Translations under genes and position numbers: made by a program | Shown: piece after piece, positions 54,122-64,000 of the stretch | Layout: every line of letters begins with the position of its first letter | Numbering within the stretch: the first letter of the stretch is position 1 | Origin: Diplonema japonicum | Taxonomy: Eukaryota > Protista > Euglenozoa: Diplonemea | Direction of reading: 5' to 3' | Length of the DNA stretch: 64,000 bases | NCBI GenBank assembly: GCA_964019335.1 | Contig: OZ025659.1 | Span: 682,001 to 746,000 of the forward strand | The notes under the pieces: model-generated | The model's database searches: none | What the model was told of the DNA's origin: nothing | The model's input: the letters and a program-made list of their open reading frames with translations, nothing else

Positions 54122-54685
54122 ATGAATTACAAGCTGCACGAGCTACCGAAGATGAACATTGAGGAGCTGCAGGCGAGGGACACGCTGAACTGCCTGCTGC
54201 ATTCTGTTCTGTTCCACAGGCAGCTGGGGGCGGTGTTCCCGCAGGAGGAGAACCTGATGGACGAGCTGGGGATCAACCTGAGCTTCACGAAGGTGGGAAG
54301 CGATGATAGCGAAACACATAAAAGGGTGAAGAAGGGCGTCGACGGCTTCTGCTCTACGCTGCAGAAAGTGAAGTACGACCAGAAAATAAACAAATGCTTC
54401 AGCGTCACGCTACGGCTGCTGCACAACACCGGCGCACACAGCACGGAGTGGGAACGGTGGGTCATCCCCTTGCAACTGCAGTCCATGGGCTCCAAGTCGG
54501 ACCTGCAAGCAACTCTGTTGAAGAGTTTGAACTACATCTCCAAGTCCACCGACACCGCCATCCTCGAGGGCTACGTCCCTGTCAACGACGGCTCGCATTT
54601 CGAGTTCCAGATCCTGCACGACGTGGGGGGCACCACCATCATGGAGACGGTGGGCAACCTGCTCTCTTATCTCACATACCGATAG
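54122..54685 (+). CDS. ATG101: Autophagy-related protein 101 (HORMA fold)
   Basis: MN...LLHSVLFHRQLG.V.P and WERWVI match the ATG101 pattern; length 187 aa is consistent. Confidence 0.75.
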   Translation: MNYKLHELPKMNIEELQARDTLNCLLHSVLFHRQLGAVFPQEENLMDELGINLSFTKVGSDDSETHKRVKKGVDGFCSTLQKVKYDQKINKCFSVTLRLLHNTGAHSTEWERWVIPLQLQSMGSKSDLQATLLKSLNYISKSTDTAILEGYVPVNDGSHFEFQILHDVGGTTIMETVGNLLSYLTYR

Positions 54686-54895
54686 GTTCCTAGCCCATGC
54701 CGTATATTATTTTTTTTCCAGTCTTTGCTTTTTCCTTTCCGGTTTGAGTGGTTATTCGCCATTGCTTTCTTTGTGCCATATAACTTTTTTTTCCTTTTTT
54801 GAAATTGAACTTTTTTTTTTTCTTCTCCTTAAAACGCTCTCCTTACTATTTTTATAATTTGCCACACAAAACCATCACCACAGTCAGAGGGTCGC

Positions 54896-55738
54896 ATGGC
54901 CACGAAGGACCGCCCCGTTTGGTTCGAGCTCCTTGCAGGCGGTGCTAGCGGCGGCGCGGCGAAAACAGCAACAGCACCAATGCAGCGCCTAGTCATCCTG
55001 CAGCAGGTGCAGAAGGTAACGGAATCCCGTATGACCCGCGCACTAAGGAGCGTCATAAAAAGGCAAGGCCTGATGTCCCTATGGCGAGGAAACATGGTGA
55101 CGGTCCTACATAGGTTCCCATACTCGGGGGCGAGCTTCACCCTGTATGAGAGCTGTAAGAAGGTAATAGGGAACAGGGAGGGGCTGACAGGGAACATTGT
55201 CCTGGACAGGGCAGCCGCGGGATGCGTAGCAGGCGGCGGTGCGGTCGCACTAACATACCCGCTAGACACACTGCGGACACACCTTGCTGTGGGAAGCCAT
55301 ACCAAGGTCCTGTCAGCCTGCAAGAGCATCATGAAGCATGGGGGTTACGCTGGGTTTTTCAATGGCATCAGCGTGTCTATATTCCAAAAGGTGCCGGAGG
55401 TGGCTTTGCAAATGTGTGTCTACGAAACCTCGAAGGACTACCTGAAGACAACCGCTATACGGGAGTACCCCACGTGCCAGATCCTTGCTTCTGCTGTGGT
55501 CGCTGGGGCCTCGTCACTTGTGGTGTACCCGTTTGATGTTGTAAGGAGAAACCTGCAGATGGCCACCACCCGTTCCTCTCCCCTTGCCGCCACGCTTCTC
55601 ATTGTGAGGCAGGATGGGGTCGTCAGTCTGTTCCGTGGCGCGAAGGCAGAACTCGCACGCACTTTGCCCTTTGTCATGATCATGTGGTTTACTTTGGAGA
55701 CGATACGAGATCTTGGCGACAAGTTTATTATTGTCTAA
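54896..55738 (+). CDS. Mitochondrial carrier (SLC25), CoA/adenine-nucleotide-carrier-like
   Basis: Three repeats with Px(D/E)xx(K/R)-type motifs (PMQRL, PLDTLR, PFDVVR); LWRGN...RFPYSG. Confidence 0.9.
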   Translation: MATKDRPVWFELLAGGASGGAAKTATAPMQRLVILQQVQKVTESRMTRALRSVIKRQGLMSLWRGNMVTVLHRFPYSGASFTLYESCKKVIGNREGLTGNIVLDRAAAGCVAGGGAVALTYPLDTLRTHLAVGSHTKVLSACKSIMKHGGYAGFFNGISVSIFQKVPEVALQMCVYETSKDYLKTTAIREYPTCQILASAVVAGASSLVVYPFDVVRRNLQMATTRSSPLAATLLIVRQDGVVSLFRGAKAELARTLPFVMIMWFTLETIRDLGDKFIIV

Positions 55739-56965
55739 TTTTTTTTTTTTTCCTTTTCTGTTGAATTTATTTTGTATTTTTTTTTTTTTTAAGAAAATGA
55801 GAGGAGAGGAGGGGAGGAAGGGAGTTTTTTTTTTTTTTTTTTTTTTATTTGCAAAGAACAAGCCTTCGACTTGTCTAAACAAAAAAAAGGGGGGGAATGT
55901 TGACAACGTGTTTCGGCTTTACAAGCTTTCTCCAGGTTTTACCCGGCACGTACAAATCTGTCTGAATAAAAAAGGGATTTAAAAAAAAAGAACAAGAGAA
56001 AACCAACGAGTTTCGATGAAGGTGTGCAGGTTATTAAACCCAGGGAGAATTTTTTTCTCCCTGCCACATCTTTCGATTCTTATGGCTCGGTTTTTCGGAT
56101 TATATAGTTCTGCGTGGATATACACTTCAGTTTGTTTTTTTTAGCCTTTTCACGAAACCCCAAGGGAAATAAGGAATGAGCTCTAACTTTCAATGCCGAG
56201 TGGCTTTTTTTTTTTTTTTTTTTTTTCCGCTATAAAGAAAATGGGAGAAAAAGAATGAAGAAAAAGAAAACCCAAAGAAGAAGAAAAAAAAAATGAAAGC
56301 AATCACCTCCTTCGCTTTGGTGGCATTGTTTTCTATTTTCTTTTTTTTTTTTTGTTCCATCCCCCATCCTTTCCCTTCCCCCTTTTTTTTTTTTGCTTCT
56401 CTACCTCTGCTTAAAACCTAAACCATGGAAGAAGAGAAGAGGGAGAAGAAAGAAAAAAGGGGAGGAAAAAAAAAAAAAAAGAAACACGTCTGTTGTTCCC
56501 AAAAGCATTTCCCAAACTTTTTTTTTTTCCTTCTTCCCTAGGATGCTGATGTATTATATTGTCCATTTAAAGCACTTCCAAGGAATCCTTTTCTTTTTTC
56601 CCCTCTAACAATGTACTCTTTCTTCTTATTCCTTCCTTTTTCTTTTCTCTCTCTCTCTCTCCTCTCTTAAGAAACCCCTTCTTTTTTTTCCTCTGTCCAT
56701 TCACCCTTTCTCCTTTTTGATGACGACAAACTCCCAGACGCGACAGAAACCCGGATGTTTGTCCGTCCGGCATTTACTTCCACGGGCGCTGGTAGGCTAG
56801 GGAAACCTTTTGTTGTATTTTTTAGCCCGGCAAGAGGGGGACAACGAATTTTTTGGCAAGGAAGAAACATCCAAGGTTTTTGCATGGAACCTCACGGCTT
56901 TACCCAAATTTCAAAAAAAAAAAAAAAAAAAAAAAAAGGGTGTTCCTAACAAAAAAAAAAAAGAA

Positions 56966-59908
56966 ATGCCGGGAAAGAAAAAAAAGTCAGGCGCGGATTC
57001 TGTGCAGGTTGCCATCCGTGTGCGACCACATACCTTTACAGATGGCGGTGACAACAGAGACTGTCTGTCGATTGACGACAAGTATGGTGAGGTCTGTGCT
57101 AAGGATCCTGATGGCAAGAGGGCAGAGAAGACTTACGCCTTTGACACTGTCTTCCCGACCACCGCAGAACAGAAAGATGTTTTCGACGCCATCGGCGCAC
57201 CAATGGTCGACACAGTGCTGGACGGGTACAACACCACTTTGTTCACTTACGGTCAAACCGGGTCTGGGAAGACCTACACGATCCAAGGTCTTCCGGGCGC
57301 CGGTGTGCGTATGGGCCAGGACTACGACATCGAGAAGCACAAGGGTCTGACCCCTCGTATCGCAGAATACCTGTTAGAGAAGGTTGGGGAAGTCATTGAA
57401 GAAGACTCCACTGCCAACGCCATGATCGAGATGGCCTACTTGGAAATCTACAACGAGAACGTACGTGACTTGCTGACCCCCAACGGCAAGTCCGAATCCC
57501 TTGAGGTGAGAGAGGACGCCAAGAAGAAGCCCTTCGTGCAGGGCCTCACCTGGAAGAAGACCATCAACTCCGAACAGATTCTGAAGCACTTGTTGCTGGG
57601 CAACACCCGCCGTCAAACTGCCGCCACAAAAATGAACGAGGTCTCCTCAAGATCCCACGGTCTTGTGTCGATCAGGGTGAAGATCAAGTACGACCCCCCC
57701 AATGTCAAGAAGGTATTCTGTTTGTTCCTCTTTTCCCCCCAACATCCAACAGCCCGACACTGAAGGTCTTCTGTACATCGTCGATCTTGCTGGGTCCGAG
57801 CGTCAGGACAAGACTGGTGCCGAAGGCGACACCCTGAACGAGGCCAAGAACATCAACAAGTCGCTTCTCATGCTTGGGCGAGCCATCCACGCCTTCGGTG
57901 AGAAAGGGTATGCCTTCAAGACGTGAGACATGTTACAGGGCAAATGCGCACGTTCCCCTTCGTGATTCCAAGCTGACGAGGCTTCTGAAGGAGTCCTTTG
58001 GTGGGAACTCGAGAACTTGGATGATTGCCACCTGCTCTGCATCCCCGTACAACATGGTGGAGACCAAGTCCACTCTGGACTACGCTGCGAACGCGAAGGT
58101 ATGGTAAACCACGCCAAGCACCACCGCCACAGCTCATCACCAACAACGCAGAACAGAATAGGATGGCCAGGCAGCTCGAGCTGGGCGAGCAGAAGGAACT
58201 TAACATTAAGCTTGAGGCGGAGGTATGCCCCCGTACCGTTGATTCTCAACAATCTGCAGATCGCTGAACTGAATGACAAGCTCGCCAACGCGAATGCGAA
58301 GGCAGAAGCCAAGGCTAAAGCCATGGCCTTGGAGATGGCCAAGGAGGAGAACTCTGTATTCCTTGCTGACATGGACGAGCTGAAGAAGGAGATTGAAAAG
58401 CTGAAGGAAGAGAACCGACAGGCAAAGGAGACAGAGGAGGAGCTGCGACACACCATCGCCAAGGGCCTGAGCTCAGACGTTGCCGACCAGCTGAGGGCAG
58501 AGCTCGACGCCATGAAGGCAGAGAACTCGAAGCTCAAGAAGGAGAACGAGGAGCAAGCAGCGGCCATCGCCAACGGTAAGGGGGCTGGTGTAGCCGCCGG
58601 TGGTGCAGCAGCAGCAGCATCAAGCCAGCACCTCCGCGCACGAAGCCCCACAGGCATGGGGAAGAAGAAGCTCTCGAGACAAATGAATGACCTTCTGGAC
58701 GACCCTCTCGCCACGCCAGAGGAGCGTATCAAGAGTATGCACACACACGCACAACATGTCCACAGGGATGGAGGGCCGTGCTCTTATTGAGTCCGCAGGA
58801 TCCTTCGTGCGCAAGAAGTCCTTCAACGACATGTACCAGCAGGCTACGGTATGCATGGCGCTGAAGCAGAAACAACCAATAGGGTGCTGCTCCTAGGGGC
58901 TCGTGGGGTGCGAATTCCGCCGGCGGGCACAGATACGCGTCTGTGTCTCAGGGGTCAAACGTCGCCGACCTGAATAAGGCAAAGCAGCGTGCCATCGAAA
59001 ATGAAGACTTCACGGAAGCACAGAGGCTCACGGAAGAAATCAAGGCGATGCAGGCGACGCCGAAGGTCTCCCTTGAGGAGCTCATGAATGCCAGGCAGCG
59101 TGCCATTGCATCAGAGGACTTCACAGAGGCGCAGAAGATCCAGGCACAGATCAACTCCCTCAAGATGCAGCAGGGACAGCAGATTGCTTCAACACCGCGT
59201 GAGCCGCAAATGATGGGCATGCCAGGGCACGACGTCTCGCAAACACCAAGGTCGCTGGGTCAGGAGGACCTCACCATGGGGGGCACAAGACAGGTTTGTT
59301 GTTTTTAGATATATTTTATTTCATCAATTACAGGTGTTCATCGGCCGTGCTTCTATCTCGCTACGCTTCTTGGTCCAGGGCAACTCTCCCACCAAGTACT
59401 TCACGCTCCCTTTGGAGGTATGCCTGCTGTCTATACACATCTTCACTAGTACGACTCGGGTATCCGGGTAGACAGCGGTGCCCCACCGCAGCTGCTTGTG
59501 AGCATCTACCAGCTGGACAAGAAGGGGAAGCCTGATGATGGGAGGATGGACTTTGTAGTGCACGTGCTGCAGGCAAAGGGGATCCCTAAGGCATACTGCA
59601 ATGCTGTGCACTGCAAGTACGTGTTCAAGTGGGGTGAGAAGGACTACTACAAGTCCAATGAGGTGAAGATGAGCACTGACCCAGAGTTCGATTACAAGAA
59701 GAGGTACGCCTTCCCCCAGCTTACCGAGCAGCTTTACGGTTGGTTTACATCAGAAAATGTGATGACCTTTGAGGTTATTGGGCTTGGTGCTTCTGGAAAT
59801 TCTGCCCCTGCTGGTGGGCATCACGACCCTATGACTGGTAGCAGTGGGAGCCTTGACCCTAGGGACGCAGGACCCCCTACTGGTCGTAGGTCTGGGCCAT
59901 ACTACTGA
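56966..59908 (+). CDS. Kinesin (N-terminal motor, coiled coil, two UVR-like motifs, C2-like C-terminus); 9 exons, introns 57713-57752, 57908-57938, 58099-58132, 58223-58259, 58735-58765, 58849-58882, 59294-59333, 59418-59449
   Basis: [54 protein letters not shown]. Eight 31-40 nt GT-AG introns chain all segments in frame. Confidence 0.92.
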
Positions 59909-60143
59909 CCAGACCGGGTTTAGTCATTACTATAAAAAATAGCAATACAAGATGAAAATATATAAAACTGCAAACCTTGGACAGTGGATTTTAAGGGGAT
60001 ATGGGGAAAGGTAAAAGGAGTTGGGGAAAAAAGGGAGACGAATGAAAAAAAAATAAATAAAAAAAAAAAGAAAGAAAAAAATGAAGAATCCTTTTTTCCC
60101 CCCTTCTCCCTCCCCCTCTATTCCTTGGCCCTTCCCTTTTTTT

Positions 60144-60182
<39 letters not shown>

Positions 60183-60958
60183 CTGTTTAAAAAAAAGAGA
60201 AAGAAAAAGGTTTTACAAACACCATTGATGTGCGATATATACCTTATTTTAACAAGCAAAAGTTTTTTTTTTTCCCCCGAAATTTCCCTGTTTGGTACTG
60301 TAGATGTGGAGGAGAGGTGATGACTAGTGCTCCGAGAGGGTCGGACTCTTGGAGCCATTTTTTTACTTTTTCTCTCTCTCCTCTCATTTTTTTTTTCAGT
60401 TGCTTTTTTTTTATTTTTTTTTCTTCAGCACTTCCCGCCCCATTCCACTTTTTTGTTTTTTTTCTTACACAGAGAGAACAAAAAGGGGTGAGACGACTAC
60501 TGCCGAAGAAAAACAAAAAGAATTAAAAAAAAAAAGAAAAGTGTGACAAGATATTTAATAAAAACAAACAAAATGCCCCCCCATCCCCAATCCATGTAAC
60601 ACCTCGGGATATATATATATATTTTTTTTCGTTCTACCCCCTTTTTCTCTTTGGGAAAAAAAAAAAAAGCAAAACAAAAAAAGGTACCATAAGGCAAATT
60701 TCTGCTCTCTTCCCGCCCTCCCCTTTTGCTTCCCCCCTCCCACTTTCCACCTCAGAAAAACATGTCTCTCAGAAATGTTCCTTTTTTTTTTCTCCCTCTT
60801 TTTTTTTCGATAAAAAATACGAGAGCCACCACCCCCTTTTTATTTTTTTCCCCAACACCCTTCTTCCCCACTCCCTTCCCGAGATCCCCTCTTTTTTTTT
60901 TGCCGTGTGGTTTTTTTTTCTTCCCCAGAACATAACCAGAGAGAAAAAAAAAAGCAAA

Positions 60959-63304
60959 ATGAATCGTAAAGGGATTGTACAAGAAGTATTCAAACGATGT
61001 GTAGAGGTACCAGACCGCAAGGCAATTGTAACACGCGAGAAAGAATGGAGCTACAAGGGGCTCAAGAGTGAGGTAGAAAGGGTGGGAGAGGAGGTGAGAC
61101 ACATGGTACCGGAAGGGGGTGGGGTGGCGGTGGCAATTGAGGTGGGAAGAAGCGCGCAAATGGTGATTTCGCAGCTTGCTGTATGGTACGCAGGGTGCTG
61201 CTGTGTGATGATCGACAGCAGTTGGCCACGAGCACGTAAAGAAAAAGTCCTCAATGACTGCAAGCCTGCTGCTGTGCTCTGTAAGGCACGCATCACACCC
61301 TACGCCATGCCACTGCCGAACCCTTATCTCTATCTATCTTACACATCAGGCTCCACTGGCGTACCCAAGGCTGTGCTTGTCAGGGAGGACAGTGTCTTGA
61401 ACACCCTGGACACCGTCACCTCCCTCCTCCCTCCCATCCCTCCTCGTGGTGTCACGCTCCTTGCCGTCTCGCCCGAGACCTTTGACATTTCATACCTGGA
61501 GCTCTACCTGCCCCTTCTTGTTGGGGGAACAGTTGCGATCCACGTCCCTTCTGAATCCCCCCTGGTAGCAGACATCCAGAGGTACACTCCATGGGCCCTC
61601 CAAGCCACCCCTGCCACATGGCAGCTCCTTCTCGCAGCAGGGTGGGACCCCCTCACACTCCCTAGTACCCGTCTTGTCGGCGGCGAGACCTTTCCTCCCT
61701 CCCTTGCCGCCTCTTTGGTGCAGCACAACAGCATCGTGTTGAACCTCTACGGGCCTACCGAAACCACCATCTGGGTCAGTTCGCACAAGCTGCGCACAAG
61801 CTCATACAAAGAGGGCGTTCCTATCGGGGACCCGTTTCCCGGGAACACGTTCACGCTCACACCGCAGCCTGGCGGTGGGACGTCCTTCCTCACTGTGCGT
61901 GGCGTCAATGTTGCTGAAGGTTACCTACACGGACAGTCCTTTGAAGGGAGCTACAACACAGGGGACACGTTCGTAGAAACAGCAGAGGGCCTTGTGTTCA
62001 AAGGGAGAAAGGACTCACAGGTTAAAGTGCGAGGGAACAGAATAGAGCTGGGTGGTATTGAGAGCCATGCGCTAGCGGTCGATGGTGTGCAGCAGGCTGT
62101 GGCTGTGGTACAGGGCGACAGTAGTGAAGCGAGAATCGTACTCTATGTGACCCCAGAGGTGGAAAAGAAAGTAGTTATGGCCCACCTTGCTGCGTCCCTA
62201 CCTCAGTACATGCTCCCGACTCTGGTACACGCAGTGGACTCCCTCCCCTTGAATCCAAGCACAGGCAAGGTTGACCGCTCTGCTCTCCCTGACGTGGAGG
62301 ATGCCTACAAAGCTCCCGCTGGGACGTCCCTCCCTGACATCGTGCAGGGTCTTGTCTCAGATCTGCTCGACGCACCTGATTTTCCTTGGGACGCACCACT
62401 GCACCCTACATTGGACTCCATCAGCATCATTATCTTATGTGAACGGCTGGAAAAGCAATTCCTAAAGCTCAATATCGGTGACTGGCACGGGATCAGCGAC
62501 GGTGTGCCCGTGGTGTTAGCTGCGACATCTATCGATGACCTCTGCGGCAAGCTGTGCGGAGCTGTGCCGGAACTAGCTCAGTATAACAGGCGAGGGACGA
62601 AGAAGAAGAAGGCAGGGACCAAAAAGCAAACACCACCCTTGATCGATGCCTGCAAGGCAGGCGATGTAGCGACAGTCACAGAGCTGCTTGCGGGCGGTGA
62701 ATGCATAGAGAGTGCCGACAGGTTTGGGTCGACTGCCATACACTACGCAGCTGGGGCGGGGCATCTGGAGCTGTGCATGCTGCTGGTAGCGAAAGGCGCT
62801 GATGACAGGGTGCCTGATAAAAAAAGTGGGCGGACCACGCTGCACTGGGCAGCTCGCCAGGGGAAGACCGATGTCTGCAGGTGGCTGGTCGAGGACAGAG
62901 AACACGGTGTAGAGGTGAGAGCCAAGGACGACACCACACCTTTGCAACTCGCTGCATGGGGAGGGCACATCGAGACGTGTAAATGGCTAATGACGCAGTC
63001 AGCAAACGTCATGTTTATCAACAAGTGGGGGTGCACTGCTGTGCACTTTGCCTCACTCGCAGGAGAGCTCGACACCTGCAAGTGGCTGCACTCTTTAAGC
63101 CTCGACCTTTCACACGCCAATTACCAAGGTCACAACGCACTTCATAAAGCTGCGTACGGGGGGCACAGGGAGCTGTGTGAATGGCTGCACACCGGACCCC
63201 CTTCAATACCCATCACAGCTGACGTCAGGGACCAGCTCCCTTCAAGACTGGCTGCAAAAGCAGGACACGCAGAGCTTTCAGCCTGGTTATTGTCATTAGA
63301 ATAG
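60959..63304 (+). CDS. Stand-alone NRPS-like protein: adenylation domain (Gly code), carrier (T) domain, 7 ankyrin repeats
   Basis: A-domain cores YTSGSTGVPK, FDIS, NLYGPTE, YNTGD, GRKDSQVKVRGNRIELG, LPQYMLP, TGKVDR. Carrier Ser in LDSIS (62417-62419). Ankyrins TAIHYAA, TTLHWAA, TPLQLAA, TAVHFAS, NALHKAA. Confidence 0.9.
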   Translation: MNRKGIVQEVFKRCVEVPDRKAIVTREKEWSYKGLKSEVERVGEEVRHMVPEGGGVAVAIEVGRSAQMVISQLAVWYAGCCCVMIDSSWPRARKEKVLNDCKPAAVLCKARITPYAMPLPNPYLYLSYTSGSTGVPKAVLVREDSVLNTLDTVTSLLPPIPPRGVTLLAVSPETFDISYLELYLPLLVGGTVAIHVPSESPLVADIQRYTPWALQATPATWQLLLAAGWDPLTLPSTRLVGGETFPPSLAASLVQHNSIVLNLYGPTETTIWVSSHKLRTSSYKEGVPIGDPFPGNTFTLTPQPGGGTSFLTVRGVNVAEGYLHGQSFEGSYNTGDTFVETAEGLVFKGRKDSQVKVRGNRIELGGIESHALAVDGVQQAVAVVQGDSSEARIVLYVTPEVEKKVVMAHLAASLPQYMLPTLVHAVDSLPLNPSTGKVDRSALPDVEDAYKAPAGTSLPDIVQGLVSDLLDAPDFPWDAPLHPTLDSISIIILCERLEKQFLKLNIGDWHGISDGVPVVLAATSIDDLCGKLCGAVPELAQYNRRGTKKKKAGTKKQTPPLIDACKAGDVATVTELLAGGECIESADRFGSTAIHYAAGAGHLELCMLLVAKGADDRVPDKKSGRTTLHWAARQGKTDVCRWLVEDREHGVEVRAKDDTTPLQLAAWGGHIETCKWLMTQSANVMFINKWGCTAVHFASLAGELDTCKWLHSLSLDLSHANYQGHNALHKAAYGGHRELCEWLHTGPPSIPITADVRDQLPSRLAAKAGHAELSAWLLSLE

Positions 63305-63349
63305 TTTATTTAAAACTGATGCAGCTTGTTTACCACACTGCAGGGATGA

Positions 63350-64000
63350 ATGGCGACTAGTGATGCAGAATGCAAGTGGGTGAGTGGGATACCAGGGCAG
63401 CTGAATAGTGCCCTCGTCGATGGGTTCATGGTCAAGAAGAGCGGGTGCCAGCATAAGTTTCTGACGCACTTTCACGGCGACCACACAACAGGGTTGTACA
63501 AAAGCTTCAATGAAGGTATCATCTATTGCTCGGAAGTGACGAGGAACTTGGTGATTAGCGAGATTGGCGTCGAACCTAAGAGGGTGGTGGCCTTGCCTCT
63601 GGAGAGGGGGCGGGTCATCGAGACGTTGGGCTTGAAGGTAACTCTAATCGACGCGAACCACTGCCCGGGTGCCGTGGTGATACTGTTCGAGTCGATGCGC
63701 CCGCATGCAGCGTTCTTGGGTGTGCATACAGGGGATTTCAGAGCAGGATCACAACTGATTACCAAGATACAGTCTGCTGTTTCCGCCACTAGAGCTGCGA
63801 AGATAGACAAGCTCTGGCTTGACACGACGTACGCACTCCCTCCTGACAAGTGGCGGCTCCCCCCAATGGGTGACACACTGGATGCAGTGAAGAGGGTTTG
63901 CCTTCAGGAGCTGGAGCGTGACAAGAACACCGTATTCGTGATCGGGATGTATACAATAGGTAAGGAAAGGGTCCTCAATGCGGTGGTCGAGGCCACAGGC
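63350..64000 (+). CDS. SNM1: SNM1/Pso2/DCLRE1-family metallo-beta-lactamase/beta-CASP nuclease, 5' part (runs off the window; missing from the ORF track)
   Basis: Manual translation from ATG 63350: VDGF...FLTHFHGDHTTGL...IYCSEVT...DANHCPGAV...HTGDFR...LWLDTTY...YTIGKER. Confidence 0.92.
   Translation, partial: MATSDAECKWVSGIPGQLNSALVDGFMVKKSGCQHKFLTHFHGDHTTGLYKSFNEGIIYCSEVTRNLVISEIGVEPKRVVALPLERGRVIETLGLKVTLIDANHCPGAVVILFESMRPHAAFLGVHTGDFRAGSQLITKIQSAVSATRAAKIDKLWLDTTYALPPDKWRLPPMGDTLDAVKRVCLQELERDKNTVFVIGMYTIGKERVLNAVVEATG

Noticed and set aside
27677-63304. Functional link between TTLL (possible glycylase) and the Gly-activating NRPS-like protein
   Set aside because: TTLLs are ATP-grasp ligases that use free amino acids. 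The genes are >30 kb apart, and gene order in such clusters is not known to be functional.
63304-63343. Possible intron fusing the NRPS-like gene to SNM1
   Set aside because: Splicing GT 63304 to AG 63343 recreates TAG; using AG 63324 hits TGA within a few codons.
1-64000. tRNA, rRNA, SL RNA, CRISPR arrays, transposons
   Set aside because: I found no cloverleaf, rRNA core motifs, SL exon, regularly spaced repeats or transposase/RT motifs by eye. tRNAscan-SE and Infernal would be needed to exclude divergent copies.

Overview
Gene-dense eukaryotic (protist) DNA. I support 28 protein-coding genes, all on the + strand, separated by spacers rich in poly-A/T/C/G runs. Many start codons follow a polypyrimidine tract and an AG. 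Eleven genes need short GT-AG cis-introns (28 introns, 31-130 nt), several with poly-A instead of a pyrimidine tract. This fits a euglenozoan-style polycistronic, trans-spliced cluster in an intron-bearing lineage such as a diplonemid (inference). Recognisable genes: two-domain glyoxalase I, plant-type quinolinate synthase, CFAP210, a giant FN3 protein, LSm7, EFHB, TTLL, ABCC transporter, J-domain protein, PARP1, UGPase, SRPK, Trm9, ATG101, mitochondrial carrier, kinesin and SNM1. Most unusual: (1) a stand-alone NRPS-like adenylation-thiolation-ankyrin protein whose specificity code reads DILQLGLIWK (glycine); (2) two N-acylated, p10-before-p20 pseudo-metacaspases; (3) a probably inactive AlkB domain fused to a PAM2 motif and a prion-like region; (4) a secreted pseudo-SGNH protein ending in an Arg/Val beta-type tail; (5) a UGPase with an MGC acylation micro-exon. 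No rRNA, tRNA, CRISPR array or mobile element could be supported. All calls come from reading motifs by eye; no searches were run.
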